IMG/VR virus record: IMGVR_UViG_3300025012_000031
Location: 91,099-155,098 of that record
Length of the DNA: 64,000 nucleotides
Origin: a virus
Strand: one strand, 5' to 3'
Every line of letters begins with the position of its first letter. Position 1 is the first letter of the stretch. Shown here piece by piece: positions 47,164-56,542 of the stretch. The translations under genes were made by a program, and so were the position numbers. Below the pieces are notes generated by a model. The model was not told the origin of the DNA and did not search any database. It was given only the letters and a program-made list of their open reading frames with translations.

Positions 47164-47709
47164 ATGATTAACAACACAACCATTGCTTGGAATTTTCACG
47201 ATGCTTTTAATATTTCATCCATATTCAATAAATTAGAGCGAATAGGCCGAAACTTTTTAAATGTCAAAACTAACCCAGACGGTCTTGAAGGTTCAAAAAG
47301 ATTCGTCTCGGACATGATTCATAACCTCAACCACCAAGCAATCCTTTCTCACTTCCTCATCACTATCGTATTACAAGAATCCCCCGAACACGAAGAAGAT
47401 CGTTTGACAATTCAAAGATACTTGACATGCTTTCCTGGAGCAGTCGTCAATGGTAATGTGATCACCATGACGCTACTCGGTTGGCGAACATTCTTCAAGA
47501 GTGAGGTCGAGGTTTCTTTATCAAATGAGGCCATCCATTTCTTTGCAATGGACCTCGCCTGTAAATTTGAAAAGGAAATCCCAATTGTGTTTGATGATAT
47601 TGCAAGTTGTTATAGAGTTGCACATAGTCATTGGGCACCGGCCGCCGGAATCAATAAAGGCAAAATTGCACCAATGGTGCATTTATCAACCACCGCGAAT
47701 ATGCATTAA
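47164..47709 (+). CDS. degenerate ThyX-like protein
   Basis: ERIGR, H.A.L.H, TMTLLGWRTFF, IPIVFDDI; lacks RHRxxxxxxxS. Confidence 0.55.
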   Translation: MINNTTIAWNFHDAFNISSIFNKLERIGRNFLNVKTNPDGLEGSKRFVSDMIHNLNHQAILSHFLITIVLQESPEHEEDRLTIQRYLTCFPGAVVNGNVITMTLLGWRTFFKSEVEVSLSNEAIHFFAMDLACKFEKEIPIVFDDIASCYRVAHSHWAPAAGINKGKIAPMVHLSTTANMH

Positions 47710-47721
47710 GGAGAAAAACAA

Positions 47722-48840
47722 ATGGCCAAAAAAGGAAGTCTCAGAGACAGAATGTTAGGCGCCGCTAAATCAGAATTTGCTGGGTATTTTGATGACGAAG
47801 ATTATGGTAAGATTCGTGATTGGATTGACACTGGGTCCATCGTTCTCAACTGTCTAATCTCCGCTGACCCAGATCGTGGTATGCCGACTGGTCGTATCAT
47901 CCAATGGGCAGGACCTCAATCCGTAGGTAAAACATTCGTTTGTATGGAGACGGTAAAACAGGCTCAAGCAAAAGGATACTTTATTGTATACTATGACTCA
48001 GAAGCCGCCAATGATAAGGATAGCGTACTCAAGCGTGGTCTTGATCCAGCCTCCCTACTCTATGTCCCCGTAGCAACCGCCGAGGAACTTACTACATCAA
48101 TGCTGAACATCATTGATGAGGCCGACGCTGATGAGAAGGTTATGATCGTCGTTGACTCCATCGGTAATCTTTCAACTCGTAAAGAGCTTCAGGATTCGAC
48201 TGACGGTTCCGAAAAGAAAGACATGACACGCGCCGCAAAGCTTAAGGCACTCTTCAGAACCGTCACGATCAAAGCCGGTATGAAGAACATTCCTGTCGCG
48301 GCCGTCAATCACGTCTATGCAAGCGTCGGTTCGTTCTTCCCATCTAATACCGTTGGTGGTGGTTCCGGCAGCCTTTATGCTTCATCGGCGATCATTGAAC
48401 TTTCAAAAGCCCAAGACAAAAAAGGAACAGACGTTGTTGGTGCCATCATCACGGCCAAGAATATCAAATCTCGTTTTGCTAAAGAGAAGATGAAAGTTAA
48501 GTTCAACATCAACTTCAACAAAGGTCTCCAACGTTATTCTGGACTCCTTGAGATTGCTGAGGTGATGAATGTTTTGATTCCGGTCAAGCGTTCATATGCA
48601 TTTAACCCAACTGGTGAAATTCCAAAAGATTGTCAGGGTGCAAGTAAGGAAGCAAAGGCCAATTACGATAGATGGATTACAACAATGCCTCTATTCAGTG
48701 CGGGAATGCTTGATCCAACCGACCCGATTGTCTGGGACAAGATTCTTGAAGATGGGTTCGCTGACAAGCTCCGGGATATCTTCGGGTATCAATCAGCAAC
48801 ACAATGCCTTGGATTAATGGAAGACGAATCAGAAGAATAA
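47722..48840 (+). CDS. uvsX: RecA-like recombinase UvsX
   Basis: GPQSVGKT, YDSE, DSIGNL, DMTRA, NHVY, GGG, KSRF. Confidence 0.96.
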   Translation: MAKKGSLRDRMLGAAKSEFAGYFDDEDYGKIRDWIDTGSIVLNCLISADPDRGMPTGRIIQWAGPQSVGKTFVCMETVKQAQAKGYFIVYYDSEAANDKDSVLKRGLDPASLLYVPVATAEELTTSMLNIIDEADADEKVMIVVDSIGNLSTRKELQDSTDGSEKKDMTRAAKLKALFRTVTIKAGMKNIPVAAVNHVYASVGSFFPSNTVGGGSGSLYASSAIIELSKAQDKKGTDVVGAIITAKNIKSRFAKEKMKVKFNINFNKGLQRYSGLLEIAEVMNVLIPVKRSYAFNPTGEIPKDCQGASKEAKANYDRWITTMPLFSAGMLDPTDPIVWDKILEDGFADKLRDIFGYQSATQCLGLMEDESEE

Positions 48841-48860
48841 TAATTCACAACAACATAAAA

Positions 48861-48916
48861 ATAAATGGCCGCAAATGTATTTTTCTATTTACATTTGCGG
48901 CCATTTATTTTATAAT
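48861..48916 (+). promoter_or_regulatory. terminator hairpin overlapping a sigma70 promoter
   Basis: ATAAATGGCCGCAAATGTA inverted repeat; TTTACA-17-TATAAT at 48888-48916. Confidence 0.75.
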
Positions 48917-49035
48917 CTATCTCCTTCAATAAAAACACCCCGTTTTTCTCAGAAGCAAATCCCAAATAAATTCAAGTTTACATTAGAGATCGCCGGCTCT
49001 TAGGAGTTGCCCTGTCTTTAGTGTTGGAGAAGTGA

Positions 49036-50448
49036 ATGTTAAATCAGGCCATTATTAAAAGCTTGTTTGAAAGTCCAACCTATTTCAATAAGACCATACA
49101 TCATCTAACACCAGAACTATTTGATAATGATGCGCAGGGTGTAGTTGTTCGTAAAATCAAGGATTATTCCGAACTCTATAAAAGACAACCGAAGTGGGCC
49201 GATATTAAATTACTCATCAAGAATGACCTTAATCTGAATGAAGGAGTTACAGATGAGGCTATCGAATTTATTGATTCGTGTAAAGGCGCAGAGGAAGTTG
49301 CCGATGATATGCTTATCACCGAATCCGAAAATTGGGGAAAGCTACGTTCGCTTGAGAATGCCATTATGGATTCTCTTAAAATCATGCAGGACCCGAAGTC
49401 AAATAAAGGAATCATTGAGGATATCATCAAGCAGGCTCTTCGGTTTGGGTTTGCACAGACGCTCGGCCACGACTATTTTCGTGATGCACCGACACAGTAC
49501 GAGTACTATACCACACAAGACGAAGTGATGCCAACTGAAGTTGAGTCAATGAATCAATCGCTCGGTGGTGGCTATCGTCGCAAAGCAATCTACGTTTATA
49601 TGGGTCGGACAAACATCGGTAAGACTCTTTGGATGTGTCATGAAGCCGCAGCATTAATGCGTAAAGGTTACAACGTTCTTTATGTCTCTGCTGAAATGTC
49701 TGAAGAGATGATCCGCACACGCCTTGATGCAAATCTCCTTGAGTTTATGACAGATGAACTTGGGATGCAACTTGATAAAAAGGAGTACTTCAAGAAGGTT
49801 CGTGAACTGTATGACAAAACGACCGGTCGTTTAAAAATCAAGGAGTATCCTAGCGGAACGGCATCAGCCAACACCATCCGTGCTTTGATTAATGACTACA
49901 AACTTAAGGAAGGTTTCGTTCCTGACGTTATCATTCTCGATTATCTCAACATCTTTGCCAGCTATCGTCTACCCGCCTCTGCAATATCCAATCAGTATCT
50001 ATATGTCAAATCTGTAACAGAAGAAATGCGCGGTCTCGGAGCATCTTTTGAGAACGGCGGTTTCAACTGTGCGGTCATCTCTGCAACACAAACAAACCGC
50101 GGTGGATCAGAAGCCGGTGTTGACACTGGTATGGAAGATATCGCTGACTCATTTGGCCTTCCGATGACGGCTGATTGGATGGGGGCTATCATTCAGAACC
50201 CAGAATTGTTCAAACTATGTAAGTACCTTCTGAAAGTTATTAAGACACGGTTCGGTGCAAACAACTATGAGATCTATACGGTCGGTGTTAACAGAAGTCA
50301 TATGAAGTTACATCAGCTTGCAGAGAGTGAACAAGAGTTGCCGCTGCATGTAAAAGATCAGTTGAAGGTTGAAGAAGCCACCAGGTATAAGAAGAAAAAT
50401 GCCGAGGCAACAGAAGACGTTCTTGCAAGATTTACATTTGAGGAGTAA
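49036..50448 (+). CDS. 41: replicative helicase gp41
   Basis: GRTNIGKT, EM, IKEYP, DYLNI, ATQTNR, SFGLPMTAD, K.R. Confidence 0.96.
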   Translation: MLNQAIIKSLFESPTYFNKTIHHLTPELFDNDAQGVVVRKIKDYSELYKRQPKWADIKLLIKNDLNLNEGVTDEAIEFIDSCKGAEEVADDMLITESENWGKLRSLENAIMDSLKIMQDPKSNKGIIEDIIKQALRFGFAQTLGHDYFRDAPTQYEYYTTQDEVMPTEVESMNQSLGGGYRRKAIYVYMGRTNIGKTLWMCHEAAALMRKGYNVLYVSAEMSEEMIRTRLDANLLEFMTDELGMQLDKKEYFKKVRELYDKTTGRLKIKEYPSGTASANTIRALINDYKLKEGFVPDVIILDYLNIFASYRLPASAISNQYLYVKSVTEEMRGLGASFENGGFNCAVISATQTNRGGSEAGVDTGMEDIADSFGLPMTADWMGAIIQNPELFKLCKYLLKVIKTRFGANNYEIYTVGVNRSHMKLHQLAESEQELPLHVKDQLKVEEATRYKKKNAEATEDVLARFTFEE

Positions 50449-50451
50449 TAA

Positions 50452-50943
50452 ATGAGAATAGTTAAACCACCAGAATTTTACCAAACAAAAGGATTCTCTG
50501 TCTTTCTTGCCGGCTCAATAGAGATGGGAACCTGTGCTGATTGGCAGAATGAGTTGATTCAATTAGTGGAAGATCACACGGAATGGTCGTCGAACTTTAC
50601 AATTTATTCACCTCGCCGCGATGATTTCGATGCAACACAAGATCAACACATCTCGAATCCGTACTTCTTCCAACAAGTTACATGGGAGCTTGATTACATT
50701 GATAAGTGTGATGTTGTTGTGATGTATCTTGATCCAGTAACAAAATCACCGATCTCATTATTCGAACTTGGTTATCTTGCTGGTAAATGCCCACAGAAAT
50801 TGGTCGTATGTTGCCCAGATAGGTTTTATCGCAAGGGTAATGTTGACATCATATGTCACCGTTTTGGAATAGAGCAAGTACCATACATCGCCTCTCTTGC
50901 CGGTGCATTGATTTATAAGGAGTCACAACATGGTAAACATTGA
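50452..50943 (+). CDS. nucleoside 2-deoxyribosyltransferase-like protein
   Basis: VFLAGSIEMG...WQ, PRR, QV.WEL, SPISLFELG, RKGNV. Confidence 0.88.
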   Translation: MRIVKPPEFYQTKGFSVFLAGSIEMGTCADWQNELIQLVEDHTEWSSNFTIYSPRRDDFDATQDQHISNPYFFQQVTWELDYIDKCDVVVMYLDPVTKSPISLFELGYLAGKCPQKLVVCCPDRFYRKGNVDIICHRFGIEQVPYIASLAGALIYKESQHGKH

Positions 50944-51934
50944 TATGTCTCACTATCTTTATCGGTTGATCTATGCAACCACTAAAGACCTGTTCGATAA
51001 GAACGAGGAATATGGTACTGATGAAGATACGGTCGGTTCAAAGAGAAAATTAAACCGTCATTATATGATGCATATTCTAATGCGTGGTCTTCTATCACGG
51101 GCTCGTGTTTTTGGATGTTCGGTGACAAATCCTCTAATCGTTGCTCTTGATGATAGCCCAACATGGCGTCACATATGGTTTGAAAAAAATCGACACAACA
51201 TTGATGTTTACAAGGAACGATCATATAAACAGGGCCGTGATAAGAATGACGACTATCCGTGGCCTGATATCTTCTCGGCTTATAATGAATGTATGGACAT
51301 TCTCGATAAGTATAGCGATTTTATCGTACTACGGTGTAAAGAAGCAGAGGGCGACGACGTCATTGCGATCACAACAAGACACTATGCCGCAAAAGGCGAG
51401 CCTGTTTTCATCGCTGGTTCTGATAAAGATTTTAAACAGCTACAACAGGAAGGTGTTCATATTTATGATCCCATGACGAATAAATATTGTCCACCGATCA
51501 ATACCGACTTTCAGCTTCAAACTTTGATTATAGCCGGCGATAGAGGAGACGGTTGTCTTCCTATCAAGAAAGGAGTTGCACAAAAGACAGCTGAGAAAAT
51601 TTATAAGGCTGGGATTGAGACATTTCTCAAAACGGAAAAAGGGGCGAGGGAGATTTACGAGTTCAATCGTACACTAATTGACTTCAATTATATCCCCGCC
51701 GATGTCAAGAATGGAATTATTTCAGATCTGACTGAAAAGAAACATATGAACTTCAATTCTACGGAGTTGATGAAGTTCTTTGTTAAGTACGGCCTGAAAG
51801 ACATTGCAGCGCAGATGAACAATTTCAAAATGAACACCCCCGTGATCAAGACAAAACTCAACACACCACAACAAGAAAAAAAGAAATCGCATGACGCGAT
51901 GATGAATTCTAATTTGGAGGATTTTTTCTCATGA
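50930..51934 (+). CDS. rnh: RNase H / 5'-3' exonuclease (T4 rnh-like)
   Basis: WR, YK..R, EGDD.I, SDKDFKQL, GD.GD, N..LID. Confidence 0.92.
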   Translation: MVNIDMSHYLYRLIYATTKDLFDKNEEYGTDEDTVGSKRKLNRHYMMHILMRGLLSRARVFGCSVTNPLIVALDDSPTWRHIWFEKNRHNIDVYKERSYKQGRDKNDDYPWPDIFSAYNECMDILDKYSDFIVLRCKEAEGDDVIAITTRHYAAKGEPVFIAGSDKDFKQLQQEGVHIYDPMTNKYCPPINTDFQLQTLIIAGDRGDGCLPIKKGVAQKTAEKIYKAGIETFLKTEKGAREIYEFNRTLIDFNYIPADVKNGIISDLTEKKHMNFNSTELMKFFVKYGLKDIAAQMNNFKMNTPVIKTKLNTPQQEKKKSHDAMMNSNLEDFFS

Positions 51935-52236
51935 AGAAAACAGTAGAAGTACCAGTGAATACCCTAATTCATATGTTCAGAAAAGAACAAGACCCAGTCC
52001 TTAAAACACAGATCATTGACCTTGCAATTAATGGTGTTGAGACAAAGGCATTCGAGTCACTCGTCAGAGAGTATGAAGAGAATATGTTGATTTCTACAGG
52101 ATTACCAATCAACGAATCGACTGTCATGAATTGTGTTACCAAAATAATGGAAGAAATTGCAAATTACAGAACACCGCTATCACAACAACCCAAAACCAAG
52201 CAGTCGATGGATGACTATTTGAGCTTACTCAGATAA
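51931..52236 (+). CDS. hypothetical protein
   Basis: ATGA-coupled to rnh. Confidence 0.7.
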   Translation: MKKTVEVPVNTLIHMFRKEQDPVLKTQIIDLAINGVETKAFESLVREYEENMLISTGLPINESTVMNCVTKIMEEIANYRTPLSQQPKTKQSMDDYLSLLR

Positions 52237-52248
52237 GGAGATCATAAT

Positions 52249-52431
52249 ATGAAGATGGAAGATTACTTTCATTGCAGCGCAAAAATTCGCATAGAGAATT
52301 GCACAAAGACAACAAATGTATGTTGTCTGCAGTGCGATGACGCCGGAAGATGTTCCTCTGTAAATAAATTCCCCCGCCCCTGTAATGCTTCTGATTTAGA
52401 ACAAGACGAAATTTGCGAATTCGCTGTTTAA
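52249..52431 (+). CDS. small Cys-rich protein
   Basis: AAGGAG SD; 8 Cys in 60 aa. Confidence 0.6.
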   Translation: MKMEDYFHCSAKIRIENCTKTTNVCCLQCDDAGRCSSVNKFPRPCNASDLEQDEICEFAV

Positions 52432-52434
52432 TAG

Positions 52435-52463
52435 TTGACATCAAACCCCAATGGGATTATAAT
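52435..52463 (+). promoter_or_regulatory. sigma70-type promoter
   Basis: TTGACA-17-TATAAT. Confidence 0.88.
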
Positions 52464-52476
52464 ATCTGACCTTCCT

Positions 52477-53466
52477 ATGATTGACTACTTTACCGAAATA
52501 GAGTTCATCCATAAACTCAACCTACGAAATCTTCGCCAAGAAGGCCGTAACTTCCGTTTCTCTTGTCCTCTGTGTAATGAAGGCAAGTCTCCGTGGAAGA
52601 GACGCGGTTACTATCTTTTTGACAACGGAACGAGAGGGCACAATACTTTCTGCTGTCAGAACGGTTGTGAACCAAGGTCATTAAAAACGCTTATAAGAGA
52701 CCTTGATTACGAGCTCTATAAACAATATTGCCGGGTCGAAAAAGACGAGCTGGTGAAGGAATTGAAATCCGGAAGGTCTATATTTAAAAAGAGGACGATC
52801 GCCAAGTTTACTGAAGGGTCATCAGAACCAAAATACGTTTTTAAATTAAGTCCACGTACATTCACCCCCGCCCGCAAAATTCCAAAGGCCGTTGAATATT
52901 GCCGCTCGAGGAAATTCCCAGATGCCATCATTGATACCCTTTTCTTTGGTACTAAGAAAAACACCGACTTCTACAATATGTTGATTTTCCCACTCAGTTA
53001 CGACGAAGAAAGCGTTACTGGTTTTCAGGGTAGAACTATCGAAGGTAAGAAGCGGTTTCAGACATTCACCAAGAATGATTCATTCAAGGTCTACAATTTC
53101 TTCAATGTTGATTCAGATAGAAATGTTTATGTTCTTGAGGCCATCATAGATTCGTTCTTCATCGACAATGCCATCGCAATGTTAGGTTCTGACCTATCGG
53201 TGACCGTTCGGAAAACACTGAAGCATCCGATATTTTGCTTTGATAATGACAGGACCGGTTGGGAGAAAAGTCTCAAGTACCTTAATCAAAATGAAAGAGT
53301 ATTCATTTGGCCGGATCAGTTACAATCGAAGGATTTTAACGAACTGATCTGTAAAGGTGTTACACCACCACAGATCAAGAAAATGGTTGATGAAAACATA
53401 TTCTCTGGTCCACAAGGAATAGCCAGGGTCATGTTAAAACTTGGGAGACTGAAGAGAGGAAGGTAA
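52477..53466 (+). CDS. 61: DNA primase gp61
   Basis: CPLC...K.RG...C.N.C zinc domain, FQGR, E..IDS.F, DND, KDFN; start moved downstream of the promoter. Confidence 0.93.
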   Translation: MIDYFTEIEFIHKLNLRNLRQEGRNFRFSCPLCNEGKSPWKRRGYYLFDNGTRGHNTFCCQNGCEPRSLKTLIRDLDYELYKQYCRVEKDELVKELKSGRSIFKKRTIAKFTEGSSEPKYVFKLSPRTFTPARKIPKAVEYCRSRKFPDAIIDTLFFGTKKNTDFYNMLIFPLSYDEESVTGFQGRTIEGKKRFQTFTKNDSFKVYNFFNVDSDRNVYVLEAIIDSFFIDNAIAMLGSDLSVTVRKTLKHPIFCFDNDRTGWEKSLKYLNQNERVFIWPDQLQSKDFNELICKGVTPPQIKKMVDENIFSGPQGIARVMLKLGRLKRGR

Positions 53467-53473
53467 TAAATAA

Positions 53474-53734
53474 ATGGCTGTAATGGTTGAAGTTAAATGT
53501 CCGACCTGTAAGAAGGTGTATCGTACGGGGGTGCCGGCGAGGATGGGTTACATCAGCGAGCTTCTTTGTAGTGACTGCGAAAAGTTAGAAAAGGAAGTTA
53601 AAGAGAAGGCTCATTTTGATGTGCTCGATTCCATGACGATTGACGAAAGAGTTCGCCGAATCGAGAAGATTCTTTACGATATGAGTGTTAACCCCAAACC
53701 GGAGCGATTTGATCCTTATGCTCTCATCGGATAA
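53474..53734 (+). CDS. zinc-finger hypothetical protein
   Basis: CPTC...CSDC. Confidence 0.65.
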   Translation: MAVMVEVKCPTCKKVYRTGVPARMGYISELLCSDCEKLEKEVKEKAHFDVLDSMTIDERVRRIEKILYDMSVNPKPERFDPYALIG

Positions 53735-53739
53735 TAATT

Positions 53740-54177
53740 ATGAATGTACCAGAAGAAATTCAAAAGGAGTATCATGTAGTAATAGACTCCCTCATCGATC
53801 TCAACAAAAAGTACAGAGAGGCATTTTCATCGAAGATAGAAGATCTTCTATCACCGGGTTTATATGCAATGGAGTGCTGCACCGTCAAAGTCGATATTGG
53901 TCGGCAGACAGGTAAATCATCATACATCAGACAGCATGCTGGCCCACATGACCTTGTCATAACATTCAACGAAGCATCTGCCAGGGAAATCGGACGTGAT
54001 CTATCATCATCGGTCGTTTGTGTTAGAGATCTTGACGTTGATGTAAAATATATCAAACCGCTTAATAAGGTTTACATCGACGAACCACAAGCAGTATTCA
54101 GAATCATCCCCGCCGTTACAATCTACAATCTCCTAACAATGAACAACCAAAAACCCACCTTTATCCTTCTCGGATAA
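53740..54177 (+). CDS. small P-loop-like protein
   Basis: GRQTGKS and YIDEP. Confidence 0.6.
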   Translation: MNVPEEIQKEYHVVIDSLIDLNKKYREAFSSKIEDLLSPGLYAMECCTVKVDIGRQTGKSSYIRQHAGPHDLVITFNEASAREIGRDLSSSVVCVRDLDVDVKYIKPLNKVYIDEPQAVFRIIPAVTIYNLLTMNNQKPTFILLG

Positions 54178-54213
54178 TTTTTCAAACAAATACCCCACTA
54201 CAAGGAGCACCAC

Positions 54214-54510
54214 ATGCCATCATACGTTTTTGTATGCGACCGGGAGGAGTGTAAGAATCCCGTCGAACGCATTGTGCCTATGCGAGATCATGACGAATTA
54301 AAGAAAAACATTCGTTGTGAAAAATGCGGAAGTACAATGTCTCAGGAAATACCAAACCAATTTCGTTTTAAATTAAAGGGCAATGGTTGGTCCGATCAAG
54401 AATATGGAATCACCGACATGGAGACCGATAAGAATCTTGACGGTGAGAAACGAATTGAAGAGATAGCAAAAGATTATGTCCGCGCTGATCGAGAAGCCAA
54501 CAGAAAATAA
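54214..54510 (+). CDS. FmdB-family zinc-ribbon protein
   Basis: MP.Y.F.C...C...CEKCG...F.LKG.GW. Confidence 0.85.
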   Translation: MPSYVFVCDREECKNPVERIVPMRDHDELKKNIRCEKCGSTMSQEIPNQFRFKLKGNGWSDQEYGITDMETDKNLDGEKRIEEIAKDYVRADREANRK

Positions 54511-54522
54511 TAGGAGCACTAC

Positions 54523-55737
54523 ATGAATTTGAATTTTTTTATTAATGAGTTTCAGCATGATATTTGGAGTGATCACTATCGGTTCAACGGTGAAACAATC
54601 GAAGGAATGATGTGGCGACTTGCTAGTGGTATTCTCCATGATGGCGGTCCCGTAATGCAGCAAGCATTATTTGATGCAATGATGTCCCGCCGCATCTCCT
54701 TTGGTGGTCGTGTTATTGCTAACACAAATACATCATACGGTAAAACGAACTCGTTCAACTGCTACGGTGCACAAAGAGCAAAAAAACCTTATGACTCTAT
54801 TCAGGGAATCTTCACCGATCTTCTGAATGCCGCGGAGATTTTGAAAACAGAAGGTGGGATCGGTTTTAACTTCAACCATATTCGGCCACGTGGTACACTC
54901 ATCAAAGGTGTACGTGTCGGGACCCCGGGTGTTGTTTCATTCATGGACATTTATAATGTCAGTGCAGACGTCATTACTCGTGGTGATTCCGGTGAATTAC
55001 ACCAAGATGACGGGAAACCAACAAAAAAGAAAATCCGCAAGGGTGCACAAATGGCGATGCTTGATTGCCGCCACCCCGAGATCATTGATTTCATCGAGGC
55101 CAAGAAGATTCCTGGTCGTCTGACGAAATTCAATATGTCAGTTATCGTCACCGATAAATTTATGGAAGCCGTCGCTGCCGATGATGACTGGGAACTATGG
55201 TTCCCCGATATCCGTTATGAAAAATATGACGAGCTGTGGGATGGTGATTTTGATAAATGGGAAGAGGCTGGACTTCCGAAATATGTTTACAAAACAATAA
55301 AGGCATGCGATCTCTGGGAACTTCTTCTCAAAAATACATATACACGCAATGAACCCGGTATCTATTTCATCGATAGCGCAAATCGTTTTAATAATCTCAT
55401 TTATTATCAGAAAGTAACCGGAACTAATCCCTGTGTTGTTGGGAACACCGTTGTTAAGACTGATGGTGGCGATATTACAATCCAAGAATTATGTGATCGT
55501 TATAAAGCTGGTGATAAATTTAAAGCATTAACAATGAACACCGAAACACTTTGTCTTGAATACGAAAACATCGTATTTGCTGATAAAACAAGAAATAACA
55601 CGGATGTTATTAAAATTGAGTTGGATGATGACATGATTCTTGAATTAACACCAGACCATAAAGTGTTTACGGAAAATCGCGGTTACGTCGAGGCGGCATT
55701 ATTAAACGATGACGATATTTTACTGCTTGTAGATTAA
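54523..55737 (+). CDS. nrdJ: class II ribonucleotide reductase N-part fused to N-intein
   Basis: GGR, NC, GGIG, RKGAQM, FNMSV, EPG, GTNP|C; intein TPDH block. Confidence 0.93.
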   Translation: MNLNFFINEFQHDIWSDHYRFNGETIEGMMWRLASGILHDGGPVMQQALFDAMMSRRISFGGRVIANTNTSYGKTNSFNCYGAQRAKKPYDSIQGIFTDLLNAAEILKTEGGIGFNFNHIRPRGTLIKGVRVGTPGVVSFMDIYNVSADVITRGDSGELHQDDGKPTKKKIRKGAQMAMLDCRHPEIIDFIEAKKIPGRLTKFNMSVIVTDKFMEAVAADDDWELWFPDIRYEKYDELWDGDFDKWEEAGLPKYVYKTIKACDLWELLLKNTYTRNEPGIYFIDSANRFNNLIYYQKVTGTNPCVVGNTVVKTDGGDITIQELCDRYKAGDKFKALTMNTETLCLEYENIVFADKTRNNTDVIKIELDDDMILELTPDHKVFTENRGYVEAALLNDDDILLLVD

Positions 55738-55759
55738 ATATCAAAAAACCACATGGATT

Positions 55760-55767
55760 TATAAATA
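55760..55767 (+). promoter_or_regulatory. late promoter in RBS hairpin
   Basis: TATAAATA; ATAAATATTTC/GGAGTATTTAT. Confidence 0.75.
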
Positions 55768-55786
55768 TTTCTAAAAAGGAGTATTT

Positions 55787-56542
55787 ATGAATCCATGGAA
55801 TAAAGATACACTTAGATTTGACTTTGATACAACACATAAAGATGAATTGATTAAATTTTATAAAAATGTAGTTTCGTATCCAAAGGCAAAAAGAAAACAG
55901 GCACTGGTTGATACAAAACGCCCCACAGAAGAAACGATAAAATATCTAAAAAGTGTATATGATGATGGATATGGTTTAAAAGTTATCGCTAGGGAAATCG
56001 GCCTTACATATTCTAGAATACGATCATTATTCGTCTATTTAGAAATAGATATCAGACGTGGTTATGACATATCGACATCAAAAACAGATGAATTCCGTAG
56101 TGCTCGTGTTAAAGGCAATAAGAATCCTTGGTATGATTGGACAAACAGAATACCAGAGATGCATGCATCTACGTCAAAAGGAATACAGGGATATTTTAAA
56201 AGGAAAAATGGCCAATTCGTATGGTTAAGATCTACATGGGAATTCATTTATGCAAAATGGATTGATGATAAAAACATTAATTGGGAGTTTGAAGGAGAAC
56301 ACTTTCATTTATCAAGCGGTGAAAGTTACCGCCCCGATTTTTCAATTTTTGATGATAATGGTCAACTTCTATACATCGTCGAGGTTAAGGGTTTTTTTAA
56401 GAATAGAATGTATAAAATTGATTTGATGAAGAAGGACTATCCTAACATTAAAATGATCGTTATACACGACATATCTAAATATTGTAAAAATTATCACGAG
56501 GAGCTTAAAATATGGAAACAGGAACGAATCCTGCTAAAGTAA
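55787..56542 (+). CDS. PD-(D/E)XK homing endonuclease
   Basis: RSTWE, YRPDF, VEVKG. Confidence 0.88.
   Translation: MNPWNKDTLRFDFDTTHKDELIKFYKNVVSYPKAKRKQALVDTKRPTEETIKYLKSVYDDGYGLKVIAREIGLTYSRIRSLFVYLEIDIRRGYDISTSKTDEFRSARVKGNKNPWYDWTNRIPEMHASTSKGIQGYFKRKNGQFVWLRSTWEFIYAKWIDDKNINWEFEGEHFHLSSGESYRPDFSIFDDNGQLLYIVEVKGFFKNRMYKIDLMKKDYPNIKMIVIHDISKYCKNYHEELKIWKQERILLK

Noticed and set aside
51931-52236. gp33 late co-activator
   Set aside because: Position and tail are suggestive, but the core gp33 pattern is not recognisable
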